From Octopus sinensis (taxonomy: Eukaryota), in contig NC_043001.1 of assembly GCF_006345805.1 (NCBI RefSeq), positions 17,484,001 to 17,548,000 on the forward strand: a stretch of 64,000 nt of DNA, written 5' to 3'. The notes below the pieces were generated by a model. It was not told where the DNA came from. It made no database searches and saw nothing but the letters and a program-made list of their open reading frames with translations. A program made the position numbers and the translations under genes. This document shows, one piece after another, positions 22,650 to 34,997 of the stretch; position 1 is the first letter of the stretch, and the number at the start of each line of letters is the position of its first letter.

Positions 22650-23746
22650 GTAAAATATTTTTGTACTCTTTGGCTTAAGATTATCTTAATTTGATGATTA
22701 GGAATCCAGATTAGTGTTTAGATCTTACCAACAAGGCCTTGCTTTTTCCTTTGTTCTCTCTTAACCATTTTGATACTGATCGGCATGAAACCTCCTTGGT
22801 TCTATGACAGAAAATTTCCTGTTTTCACCCTTAAGCTTTTCAAACAGACATATCTGTTCCAAAATATTCTAACTGTTTTACATTTAAACTGACTAGATCC
22901 AGCCTTTCACTGGAGAGCTAAGAGCACCATCCGAGTGTGATTGCTGCCAGAGCAGCTGACTGGCTTCTGTGATGGTGGCACGTAAAAACCACCATTCAAA
23001 CGTAATTGTTACCAGCGTTGGCCTACTGGCACTTATACCGGTGACACGTGAAAAACATTCAAGTGAGATTGTTGCCAGTGCCACTGGACTGGCTCCTGTG
23101 CAGGTGGCATGTAGAAAACCCCACTTGAGTGTGACCGTTGCCAGTGCCTCCTGGTTGGCCCTTGTGCCAGTGTCACGTAAAAGCACCCACTACATTCTCG
23201 GAGAGGTTGGCATTAGGAAGGGCATCCATCTGTAGAAACTCTGCCAGATCAGATTGGAGCCTGGTGCAGCCATCTGGTTCGCCAGTCCTCAGTCAAATCG
23301 TCCAACCCATGCTAGCATGGAAAGCGGACGTTAAACGATGATGATCTTACAATGCCATTCTGAAAATAAAGAATCGCATCACTGAACTCTCAAGGCTACA
23401 AGATAATGAATCTTCATCATCATCATCCTTTAACGTCCGCTTTCCATGCTAGCATGAGTTGGACGGTTCAACTGAGATCTGGGAAGCCAGAAGGCTGCAC
23501 CAGGCCCAGTCTGATCTGGCAGTGTTTCTACAGCTGGATTCCCTTCCTAATGCCAACCACTCCATGAGTGTAGTGGGTGCTTTTTATGTGCCACCTGCAC
23601 AGGTGCCAGATGAGGCTGGCAAACAGCCACAATCGGATGGTGCTTTTTATGTGCCACCGCAAAACAATGTGAATAAATAAGCTTTAAATTTGAATACTGG
23701 ATCTGGTTAAACTAACCAGATCCAGCCTCTCACACCTACCCTATAA

Positions 23747-24119
23747 TCTCTCTCTATATATAAACAGCAAAATGTCTGTCTGTGTGTGTATATCCTTTAT
23801 ACAAATCCACAATTTTTCAGTTAGAGGGCTTGCACTTTCTATGGTCATTCAAAACCGTCCAAGGGTGGTCGTGCACATCTTTACATTTCCCCAGTCACCC
23901 TGCAAAGCCATTTAAAAAAAATCAATAGAAGTGACTTTTTGTGAATTTTCTATCCAAAACCCAATCAAAATACCCGAAACTTGATACGCCAATTGAATGC
24001 AGCTAGCTGTATGTGATTGGTCAGAGATTTGGACAGTACTCGCGTGTATGTGCGCACGCACTCAGCTGTATATGCATGCACTAGCACTATGACTCGGTAA
24101 CACCGGGTCATAGTACTAG
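23747..24119 (+). mobile_element. Non-autonomous Helitron family H2
   Basis: A|TC...long terminal hairpin...CTAG|T. Confidence 0.82.
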
Positions 24120-24317
24120 TGTCATTCTAAAAAAATAAATAATCACACCTTTGAATTGTTGAAGCTACAAGATAATGCTTGATTAGTTCACAAACAATCA
24201 TCATCATCATTGTTTAATATTTGTTTCCCATGCTGTTACAATAAATGAATCTTTCACCATTGATCTGCACAATATGAACATGTAACTACTGTTTCAATCT
24301 GTTGCTATATTCGTCAG

Positions 24318-24379
24318 GTTATCTTAATTATGGGAGAGAACATCTTTCAAAAAGAACAAGAATCTCTTGTTGAGAAAAG
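24318..24379 (+). CDS. DDX51: DDX51 exon 7 (VILIMGENIFQKEQESLVEK)
   Basis: tcgtcag| acceptor and AG|gtaggc donor; 62 nt; KEQESLV matches DDX51. Confidence 0.9.
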
Positions 24380-24571
24380 GTAGGCATTTTCCTTTTCTTT
24401 TTTCCCATCCGGATTTCATAGAAATTTAGTTATAAACTTGTTTTGTCAATAGTCACTGTTGTCTTCTTGTAACTTCTATCTTCTATGCTGTTCTAAATTA
24501 GATTTTTTAACAAGATCTGACGGGGGCACGGACTGCATCATGCTTTAATCTCTGCTTTGGCTTGCTTTCTT

Positions 24572-25940
24572 ATTTATTTACTGCCCACGAGGGGTTAAAC
24601 ATAAAGGGGACAAACAAGCACAGACAAACGGATTAAGTCAATTACATCGACTCCAGTGCGTAACTGGTACTTAATTTATCGACCCCGAAAGGATGAAAGG
24701 CAAAGACAGACGAAATACCTATTTCTTTATTACCCACAAGGGGCTAAACACAGAGGGGACAAACGGATTAAGTTGATTACATCGACCCCAGTGTGTAACT
24801 GGTACTTAATTTATCGACCCCGAAAGGATGAAAGGCTAAGTCAACCTCAGCGGAATTTGAACTCAGAACGTAAAGATAGACGAAATACCTATTTCTTTAT
24901 TGCCCACAAGGGACTAAACATAGAGGGGACAAACAAGGGCAGACAAACGGATTAAGTCGATTACATCGAGCCCAAAAGGATGAAAGGCAAAGTCAACCTC
25001 GGTGGAATTTGAACTCAGAACGTAAAGTCAGACGAAATACCTATTTCTTTATTACCCACAAGGGGCTAAACATAGAGGGGACAAACAAGGGCAGACAAAC
25101 GGATTAAGTCGATTACATCGACTCCAGTGTGTAACTGGTACTTAATTTATTGACTCCGAAAGGATGAAAGGCTAAGTCAACCTCAGCGGAATTTGAACTC
25201 AGAACGTAAAGATAGACGAAATACCTATTTCTTTATTGCCCACAAGGGACTAAACATAGAGGGGACAAACAAGGGCAGACAAACGGATTAAGTCGATTAC
25301 ATCGACCCCAAAAGGATGAAAGGCAAAGTCAACCTCGGTGGAATTTGAACTCAGAATGTTGTGGCAGATGAAATACCTATTTATTTATTACCCACAAGGG
25401 GCTAAACATGGGCAGACAAACGGATTAAGTCAATTACATCGACTCCAGTGCGTAACTGATACTTAATTTATCGACCCCGAAAGGATGAAAGGCAAAGTCA
25501 ACCTCGGCGGAATTTGAAGACAAAACGTAAAGACAGACGAAATACCTATTTCTTTATTACCCACAAGGAGCTAAACACAGAGGAGACAAACAAGGACAGA
25601 CAAACTGATTAAGTCAATTACATCGACCCCCAGTGCGTAACTGGTATTTAATTTATCGACCCCCAAAGGATGAAAGGCAAAGTCAACCTCAGCGGAATTT
25701 GAACTCAGAATGTTGTGGCAGACGAAATACCTATTTCTTTATTACCCACAAGGGGCTAAACACATGAAGGGACAAACAAGGACCGACAATTGGATTAAGT
25801 CAAATACATCAACCCCATTGCGTAACTGGTACTTAATTTATCGACCTCGAAAGGATGAAAGGCAAAGTCGACCTCGGCGGAATTTGAACTCAGAACGTAA
25901 AAACAGACGAAATACGGCTACGCATTTCGCCCAGCGTGAT
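24572..25940 (-). repeat. Eight-unit concatemer of SINE family A bodies
   Basis: Units begin near 24572, 24720, 24890, 25042, 25226, 25378, 25547 and 25731; only the last carries head sequence. Confidence 0.88.
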
Positions 25941-26033
25941 GATAATGATATACATATATATATATTTGTGTGTTTGTATGTGTGTAGATGATGATATATA
26001 TTAACTTTACATTTGTTGTTATTGTTGTTAAAG

Positions 26034-26142
26034 GTCTTATGGTTATGAAAGTTTGGCTGACATCGTTGTGGCAACACCTGGAAAACTAGTGGACCACATC
26101 AATCAAACTGAAGGATTTGATTTAACACACCTGAGGTTCTTG
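26034..26142 (+). CDS. DDX51: DDX51 exon 8 (motif Ib, [18 protein letters not shown])
   Basis: ttgttaaag| acceptor and TTG|gtaagt donor; 109 nt. Confidence 0.94.
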
Positions 26143-26361
26143 GTAAGTTGCTTGCATTTGTTACATTAAGCCTTTGGGGTCATTCCTACTATTCTACTTT
26201 ATTTCAGTTTTTGTACTGTACTGCCCATTAGTTCATTCTTGGAGGGTTCAGGTAGTATATCAGTTTCCCTTTAAGGAGTTGCTAGGCCTTTCCTCAACTT
26301 GTCTCAATTTCTGGAGCCAATTCAAAATGAGAAAGAGGGACAGAGGAAACAATAATGGACA

Positions 26362-26740
26362 GTAGGAGTGGCTGTGTGGTAAGTAGCTTGCTTACCAACC
26401 ACATGGTTCCGGGTTCAGTCCCACTGCATGGCACCTTGGGCAGGTGTCTTCTTCTATAGCCTCGGGCCGACCAAAGCCTTGTGAGTGGATTTGGTAGACG
26501 GAAACTGAAAGAAGCCCGTCATATATATATATATGTGTGTTTGTGTGTCTGTGTTTGTCCCCCCAACATCGCTTGACAACCGATGCTGGTGTGTTTACGT
26601 CTCCGTAACTGAGCAGTTTGGCAAAAGAGACCGATAGAATAAGTACTAGGCTTACAAAGAATAAGTCCTAGTGTTGATTTCCTCGACTAAAGGCGGTGCT
26701 CCAGCATGGCCACAGTCAAATGACTGAAACAAGTAAAATA
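26362..26740 (+). mobile_element. SINE family B, full length
   Basis: Head to tail. Confidence 0.85.
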
Positions 26741-27804
26741 GTACTTTATTTTTCAACCCCAGACATTGAACTCAAAGCTCAGAGAGTGGGAACAAATACT
26801 GTAAGACATGTCCAACTGTCCTAATTACTTCCTGTCTTTTGGGGATTAATTGAAGAATATTACGTTAAGCAAAGATTCGGAGAGTACAGTACTTTTTGTG
26901 TATTTAGTTTATTAATCTCTCATGCTTATACGTGATCCATTTTGTCATGGCCCTTGGCACCAACAGAACTATGAAGACTTTTATGGAAAGAAGTTTACTT
27001 TCCAAACACATGGTTCCAGTCATGGCACCTTGGGCAGGGGCCTTCTGCTTTAGCCTTGGGCTGATGAAAACCTTGTAAGTGAATTTCATACATCATGCCA
27101 GTGGCACATAAAAGGGCTCCATTCGAGTGTGATTGTTACCAGCGTTGCCTTACTGGCACTTGTGCCCGTGCTAGTAGGGTGGCAAGAGCACCATCCGAGT
27201 GTGATCGTTGCCAGAGCGACCAACTGGCTCCGTACCGGTGGCACGTAAAAGGGCACCATTCGAGCATGATCGTTACCAACATTGCCTTACTGGCTCCTGT
27301 GCAGAACGCACATAAAAAGCATCATTTAAGTGTAGCCATTGCCAGTATCGCCTGACTGGCACTCATGCCAGTGGCACATAAAAGCACCCACTACACTCTC
27401 GGAGTGGTTGGCGTTAGGAAGGGCATCCAGCTGTAGAAACTCTGCCAGATCAAGATTGGAATCTGGTGCAGCCATCTGGTTCCCCAGTCCTCAGTCAAAT
27501 CGTCCAACCCACGCTAGCATGGAAAGCAGACATTAAACGATGATGGTGATCAGGAACACAACATGACAGGGTTAAGACTACACATGGAGTATGAATGAAA
27601 GAAAGAATCACATACTTCTCAGGGAGCTAAGCAAGTTGGTGTGTATACAGACGTTGAAAGGGAGTGGTATTAAGGGGTCAATGAGTGTCAGTATTGGAAA
27701 GCTTGTCTTTAAAAGTAACAAAAGGAGTTGTAAAGATATTGCAAAGCTGGTACACTGGGGGACACCAAGGTTATGTTGTAATGGTTTTGTTTCTTTTTGT
27801 GAAG

Positions 27805-27944
27805 GTCATCGATGAAGCAGATCGTGTCTTTGATGTTATCAAGTATGATTGGTTGACCACCTTGGAGAAAGCAGTTTACAAGATACCAGTGTCTGACTCT
27901 GTTACCAGTTGTAGACCAAAGCCTGGTCCCATAACAATAAATCA
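27805..27944 (+). CDS. DDX51: DDX51 exon 9 (motif II VIDEADR)
   Basis: tttttgtgaag| acceptor and CA|gtaagt donor; 140 nt. Confidence 0.95.
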
Positions 27945-28008
27945 GTAAGTCGTTCTTATTCTTCTTATTTAATTACTGCCCACAGGGGGCTAAACATAGA
28001 GGGGACAA

Positions 28009-28285
28009 TCATCATCATCATTGTTCGACCGTGGTCGAGACAATGGAATTTACCATGCTACGCCAGACTTCACGGTCCATCATGGCATTACGGAGGTCCT
28101 GTTGCTGGATGCCTGTATCCCTGGAGATTTCATCAGGGTAGGAGAGTGTGCGCCCTCTGTTATTGTGAGTAGATGGCTTCCAGAGGAGAAGAGGAGAAAT
28201 TACCTCTTTTCCAGCTCTACAACAATGTCCAGCAAACTGGACTCTCTTACCTTTCACAAGAGATGACACAGGTGGTAGTTTCCCA
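28009..28285 (-). mobile_element. RTE-clade LINE 3' fragment with (GAT)n tail
   Basis: KRVQFAGHCCR...LLLWKP...RGRTLSYPD.ISRDTG...MMDREVWR...STTVEQ* then (tga)n. Confidence 0.88.
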
Positions 28286-28844
28286 TATATTTGCATTTTG
28301 GTTGGAGGGGACAAACAAGGGCATACAAAGTGATTAAGCCAATTACATCGACCCCAGTGCATAACTGGTACAATGTCTCTTACTACAAATATCATTACAA
28401 CCATTGTAGCAGCGGCTGCTGTTGTTGTTTCCATATTGGCATGGATGGGTTGGACAGTTTGACAGGACCTGATAAGCCAAAGGACTGCACCAAGCTCCAC
28501 TGTCTGCTTTGACATGGCTTCTAAAGCTGGATGCCCTTCATAATGCCTACCACTTTACAGAGTATACTGGGTGCTTTTTACATGAGAGCACTCGTTTTGC
28601 TGCACATCACTGTACACAGCTTCCATGACTCATGTCATTTATTTAATCCCAGTTTCCTCTGTGACTGCCATCATCATCATCACCAACACAATATCTCTAC
28701 AAAGATGCAGTCACTTATCTACTTTGTGAAGTTTAACATCCTGGGATCAGTCTCACTGTTGCTGTCTGTCGTATATATATGTGTGTGTGTATAGATATGA
28801 TGATGATACATATGCACCTGTCAACATCAATGGAATTTGTAGCT

Positions 28845-29330
28845 GTGATACCAGTGCCGGTGGCACGTAAGAGAACCATCCGAACGTGGCCGTAGCCAGT
28901 GCCGCCCGACTGGCATCCGTGCCGGTGGCACGTAAAAAGCACCATCCGACCGTGGCTGTTGCCAGCTTCATCTGGTCCCCGTGCTGGTGGCACGTAAAAA
29001 GCACCCTCCAATCATGGCCGTTTGCCAGCCTCGTCTGGCACCTGTGCCGGTGGCACGTAAAAAGCACCATCCGATCGTGGCCATTTGCCAGCGTCGTCTG
29101 GCACCTGTGCCGGTGGCACGTAAAAAGCACCATCCGATCGTGGCCGTTTGCCAGCTTCGTCTGGCACGTAAAAAGCACCCACTACACTCACGGAGTGGTT
29201 GGCGTTAGGAAGGGCAACCAGCTGTAAAAACTCTGCCAGATCAGACTGGGCCTGGTGCAGCCTCCTGCCTTCCCAACCCGTCCAACCCATGCCAGCATGG
29301 AAAGCGGACGTTAAACGATGATGATGATGA
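28845..29330 (+). mobile_element. Family C element with a 6-monomer hairpin array and (GAT)n tail
   Basis: Repeats of gtgccggtggcacgtaaaaagcacc; 3' acgttaaacgatgatgatg. Confidence 0.82.
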
Positions 29331-29527
29331 TCCAGTTACAGAAAATTTGCTTCATTAAACTCTGTCCAACCCATGCAAGCATAGAAAAGTGGATGTCAAA
29401 ACAGCGATGGTGACAGTGATGATGAGGATGGGGGGGACTGACTTTTTTTTTTTTTAAATTTTTTTTTTATTAAATCTTCTGTCATCCATATTAATTAAAA
29501 CACACAATGTTTTTCCTCTTATTTCAG

Positions 29528-29549
29528 GGTTTCAAAGATATCCACTCCG
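29528..29549 (+). CDS. DDX51: DDX51 exon 10, 22-nt microexon (Q-VSKISTP)
   Basis: ttttcctcttatttcag| acceptor and CCG|gtaagg donor. Converts phase 2 (exon 9) to phase 0 (exon 11), giving ...STP|FQKLLFSAT, compared with ..MP-LQKLLFSAT in vertebrates. Confidence 0.82.
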
Positions 29550-31138
29550 GTAAGGAAATATTTGTTTTCTTATTACTAATTCTCCTCTCTTTGATTCTTC
29601 TCTTAACTTTTTCTTTTTTTATTCCTGTTTTTTTTTTATTTTGTTTTCATTGTTTTTGTTTCACTCCTTTATTTTCATGGTTTGGTGTTGAGTGGAGCAG
29701 TCTGTCCATGTCCCTTAACACACCCTTACAGGCCCTGCAGAACTTGATGTGATTGATGTTATTCTTAGGCAACTGCAAGTTGATGATACAAGAAAAAACA
29801 TGAGCAAGAAAGGGGTTCAGTTGTGGGGCAGGAGTTGGGGCAGATTTCCTGGGAAGGAAGGATTAGGGAAAGTAGCTAGTGCCAAGTTTGTGGGTAGAGT
29901 GGACCTTATCTGGGACACAAGAGGTACTCTCTTTACTCTTTTACTTGTTTCAATCATGCTGGAGCACTGCTTTTAATCAAGCAACTCGACCCCAGGACTT
30001 ATTCTTTGTAAGCCCAGTACTTATTCTATCGGTCTCTTTTGCCGAACCGCTAAGTGACGGGGACGTAAACATACCAGCATCGGTTGTCAAGCGATGTTGA
30101 GGGGACAAACACAAACATACACGCGTACGCATATATATATATACATATATACAATGGTTTCAGCTTCTGCCCTATGGCATGGCACCTTGGGCCAGTGTTT
30201 TCTACCGTATAGCCTTGGGCTGACCACTGACTTGTGAGTAGATTTGGTAGGCAAAAGCTGAAGCACCCTATCGTGTGTGTGTGTCTGTGTTCCCCACCAC
30301 TGCTTGACAACCAGTGTTGGTGTTCTTACATCCCTGTAACTTTACAGTTCAGCAAAAGTGACTGATAGAAGTACCCGGTTTAAAAAAATAGGTAGTGGAG
30401 TCCATCATCATCATCGTTTAATGTCCGCTTTCCATGATAGCATGGGTTGGACGGTTCAACTGGGGTCTGGGAAGCCAGAAGGCTGCGCCAGGCCCAGCCT
30501 GATCTACAGCTGGATGCCCTTCCTAACGCCAACCACTCCGTGAGTGCACAGGTGCCAGACGAAGCTGGCAAACGATCAGCTTGATTAAACTTCACAGCGG
30601 CTGTGATCCAGCCACAGTCTAATGACTGAAATAATTAAAAGATATGTATAAAAAAAGGTGAAATATACAATTTTTAATTAGCAATTTGGTTGCTAATAAT
30701 AAATACTTAGGTAAATCCTGATGAGGCTGTACGTTGCTGAAATCATTGTAGAACTACCTCCTGAGTTGTCTCCCATACGTTATAAAAAAAAAAGAAATTG
30801 ATTTGTTTTTGTTTTTTTCTCATTCTTTATCACTTGTCTGAACTAAGTTTTATAACTCCGCTTCCACTTCACCTAACAGCTTTTTACACTTGCCACATTC
30901 GTTGTCTGTTTTAATGAAATACAGGCTACCATTGTACAGTGTTTATTATACCTATTGCTAACGGTCTTCGGCTATCATATCCAGCATGTACCACGTTTTA
31001 ACTTCTTATGGAAATTACTTGAGAGCCTTGTGAGTGGATTTGATAGACAGAAACTGAAAGACGCCTGCCATATATCTCTATATAATCAGACTACAATGAA
31101 ACTGGTGGTGTTTATGTCAGCAAAACTTATATTACGCA

Positions 31139-31472
31139 CTAGCACTATGACCTGGCAACGCCGGGTTATAATGCTAGTGCATGCATATACAGCGGCATGC
31201 GTGCGTGCGCACATACACGCGAGTACTGTCCAAATCTCCAACCGATCACATACAGCTAGCTGGCATTCAATTGGCATATCAAGTTTTGGGCATTTTGATT
31301 GGGTTTTGGATGGAAAATTCACAAAAAACTCACTTCTATTGATTTTTTAATGGCTTTGCGGGGTGACTGGGGGAAATGTAAAGATGTGCACGACCACCCT
31401 TGGACGGTTTTGAATGTGCGAGCCCTCTAACTGAAAAATTGTGGATTTGTATAAAGGACACGCACACAGACA
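31139..31472 (-). mobile_element. Helitron family H2, 5'-truncated
   Basis: Terminal hairpin and body match 10441-10816. Confidence 0.75.
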
Positions 31473-32212
31473 TTCGAGTGTGATCATTACCAGCGTCATC
31501 TTACTGGCACCTGTGCTGTTGGCATGTGTAAAAAGATTCAAGCGAGGTCGTTGCCAGTACCGCCTCACTGGCCTCCGTGCCGGTGGCACGTAAAAAGCAT
31601 CCACTACACTCTCGGAATGGTTGGCGTTAGGAAGGGCATCCAGCTGTAGAAACTTTGCTAGATCAAGATTGGAGCCTTGTGCAGCCATCTGGTTCGCCAG
31701 CCCTCAGTCAAAATCATCCAACCCATGCTAGCATGGAAAGCGGACGTTAAACAATGATGATGATGATGATTTTTTATTTTTTGCTTGTTTCAGTCATTAA
31801 ATTGCAGCCACTTTATGGCCTTGAAAAATTTTTAGCCAATTGGATTGACCCCCCCAGTACTTATATTTTTTTAAGCCTGGTACCTATTCTACTGTTCACT
31901 TTTGCTGAACCACTAAGTTATGGGGATATAAACACACTAACACCAGTTTGACAATCATTGGTGGGGACAAACACAGATACAATGTGACACACACACACAC
32001 ATACATGATGGGCTTCTTTCAGTTTCCATCTATCAAATCCACTCCCAAGGCTTTTGGTCAGCCGAAGGCTATGATAGAAGATTCTTGCCCAAGGTGCCAA
32101 ACTGTGACTGAACCCAGAACCATGTGGTTAGGAAGCAAGCTTCTTACCACACAGTCAAGCCTGCATCTATCATTTACATATTTCAGTGTTTTACTTAATT
32201 TCTAAATTCCAG

Positions 32213-32378
32213 TTCCAAAAGTTGCTGTTTTCGGCAACTCTCACAGACGATTCAGAGAAACTGAAGAAAGTGAACCTCTTCCAGCCTCGGCTGTTTCTTG
32301 CTTCTCAAAATATTCTCAAGAATTCCAATAAATCTGGAAGGGAATCTACTCTACCCAACGCTGAAGAACCTGGTGATG
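32213..32378 (+). CDS. DDX51: DDX51 exon 11 (motif III FQKLLFSATLT)
   Basis: aattccag| acceptor and G|gtaata donor; 166 nt. Confidence 0.9.
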
Positions 32379-33019
32379 GTAATATATTTCTGCTGTTTTT
32401 TTTTTTTTTATTCTTTTATTCTTTTACCCATCAGACTGCAGCCATGCTGGGGCATTGCCTTGAAGAATTTTTCGTCATAGGAATCACCCCCAGTACTCTT
32501 TGTTTTCTTTTTCAAAGCCTGGTGCTTACTCTAGTGGTCTCTTTTGCCAGACTGCTAAGTTATGAGGACGTAAACACACCAACACCAGTTGATAAGCAGC
32601 AGAGAACAGCAAACACAGACAAAGACACATACAAATATATATATGATTGCCATCCCACCAACACACACAGCACAATCCCTCCATTGATGAGCCGTTAGAT
32701 GACTTTTAAGACCAGCTGCTAACTGGCAGGGTTTAAAACACAAGTGACATATATTATTCGAGTTTCTTCTATATCTTTGCCCTTTGGAATCTGACTCTGA
32801 AGCATTGGTTGGCTTGAGGCTATTGTAGAAGACACTTGCCCAAGGTGCCATACAGTCAGACTGAACCCAGAACTATGTGGTTGGGAAGCTAGCCTTTTAC
32901 CACACAGCCACACCTGTTTTTCATTTTTTCTTTTTCTTTCATTTTATAATTTTCATAGTTTCATTCATTGGAGATTTGGCACCAGAAATTCTAAAATCCA
33001 ATTTTTGTCAATAAACCTG

Positions 33020-33530
33020 CTAGGCACATAAAAAGCACCACCCAAACATGGTCAATGCCAGGTCCACCTGACTGGCTCCCGTGCCAGTGACATGTAAAAT
33101 GCACCAGCCAAATGTGGCCAATGCCAGTACTCCCAGACTGGCTCCCGTGCCGGTCGCACATAAAAAGCACCATCCAAACATGGTCGATGTCAGGTCCATC
33201 TGATTGGCTCCCATGCCGATGGCATGTAAAAATCACCAACCAATCGTGACTAGTGCCAGTACCCTCTGACTGGCTCCTGTGCCAGTGGTACGTAAAAAGC
33301 ACCATTCAAGCATGGTCAGTGACAGTGCTGCCTGACTGGCCCCTGTACCATGGTATGTAAAAAGTACCCACTAAACTCTTGGAGTGGTTAGCATTAGGAA
33401 GGGCATTCAGCTGTAGAAACCTTGCCTGATCAGATTGGAGCCTGGTAAAGCCGCTGGTGCTCCAGACCTCAGTCAAACCATCCAACCCATGCCAGCATGG
33501 AAAACGGACGTTAAACGATGATGATGATGA
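33020..33530 (+). mobile_element. Family C element with multi-monomer array
   Basis: Diverged monomers, central domain and (GAT)n tail. Confidence 0.75.
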
Positions 33531-34083
33531 TGTTATAATGATTCAAAACATAGGTACAAGGCCAAGAATTTTGGGAGAAGAATGCAATCATTTGAAAATG
33601 ACCCCAGTACTTATCTGATCCTCCTCCTCCTTATCATCATCGTTTAACGTCCGCTTTCCATGCTAGCATGGGTTGGACGATTTTGACTGAGGTCTGGCGA
33701 ACCAGATTGCTGCACCAGGCTCCAATCTTAATCTGGCAGAGTTTCTACAGCTGGTTGCCCTTCCTAACGCCAACCACTCCAAGAGTGTAGTGGGTGCTTT
33801 TTATGTACCACCAGCACAGGGGCCAGTGAAACGACATTGGTAACGATCACGCTTGAATGGTGCCCTTTTACGTGCCGAATTTGGAAGGCTAAAAGGTAGA
33901 GTTGACCCTGTTGAAATTTGAACTCAGAATATGAAGCAACATGGTTAAATGCCACATTTTTTTTTTTAAGGCACTTCAAAAATTTTCAATTGTTTACCAG
34001 AAACCATACTTTCCCTTTGTTTTATAGAGTTGTCTCTTTAATAAAAAGTTTTTTTTTAATTAAAACATTTTCTACAATTTCAG

Positions 34084-34154
34084 ATATAAAGAACCAGAAG
34101 AATAATGTTAACGCAGCACAAAATAACAGATTTATAATTCCAGAAAGTCTAAAG
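34084..34154 (+). CDS. DDX51: DDX51 exon 12 (DIKNQKNN...RFIIPESLK)
   Basis: atttcag| acceptor and AAG|gtattg donor; 71 nt, phase 1 to 0. Confidence 0.88.
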
Positions 34155-34238
34155 GTATTGTCACTGATAATGATTCAAGTTTCTCTGAAATGACATTTTG
34201 GATTAACAAAATTTTAAAGTATCTTTTCTTATCTGCAG

Positions 34239-34354
34239 GAGGAATACATGATATGTGATCCATCTTCAAAAGTTGTCGCCATAGTTCATCTGGTCCTCGA
34301 TCGAGGTTTTCATAGTGTGGTTTGCTTCACCAACTCCGTTGAATCGACTCACAG
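34239..34354 (+). CDS. DDX51: DDX51 exon 13 (motif IV VVCFTNSVESTHR)
   Basis: atctgcag| acceptor after an 84-nt intron; AG|gtcagt donor. Confidence 0.94.
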
Positions 34355-34885
34355 GTCAGTACATGTTTGCCTCTTGCTGTCTCTCCAATTATCCTCAGCT
34401 TCATCATTGTACGTATCTTATCTAGACATCATTTGCTGATAGGTTGTATATGAACTTCATCATTATACAAGCGACTTGAGGGTGGCTGCTTGGAGTAAAC
34501 TGTTATCTCCCAGCCATAATCTAGTTGATATTTTTTGATATTTTTTTTTAAATACTAATATTCTTGGATCAGATTTTTTTTTTCTTTTTATGCAAACTGC
34601 CAAATTTAGCCCAAACACTCTGTATGTATATCCAATGTATAGTTTGCTTTCATTGTATACTATTCCAGTTGTAAAAATCATGCCAAAACTAACCTTGCTT
34701 GTGTTAGTGCCACGTAAAGAGCACCGAGTCCACTCTGCGGAACAGTTGGTGTTAGGAAAGACATCCAGCCGTGAAAACCATGCCAAGACATAGTAGCCTA
34801 GAGTAGTTTATCTATCTGGCTAGCTCATGTCAACTGTCCTCCCCATGCATGCATGGGAGGTGGACGTTAAACGATGATGGTGATA

Positions 34886-34927
<42 letters not shown>

Positions 34928-34997
34928 TGGAGTAAACACATAAATGTGAAACAAGGTGGAAAGAAGAGTACTCAAATACAAGGGGTAGAGTAATATG

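Noticed and set aside
28845-29180. CRISPR-like repeat-spacer appearance
   Set aside because: The intervening segments are homologous to each other, the context is eukaryotic and intronic, and there are no cas genes.
32187-32212. Upstream acceptor (tttcag at 32186) for DDX51 exon 11
   Set aside because: Joined directly to exon 9 (phase 2) it hits TAA after five codons; the microexon plus the 32213 acceptor gives the conserved P-xQKLLF.
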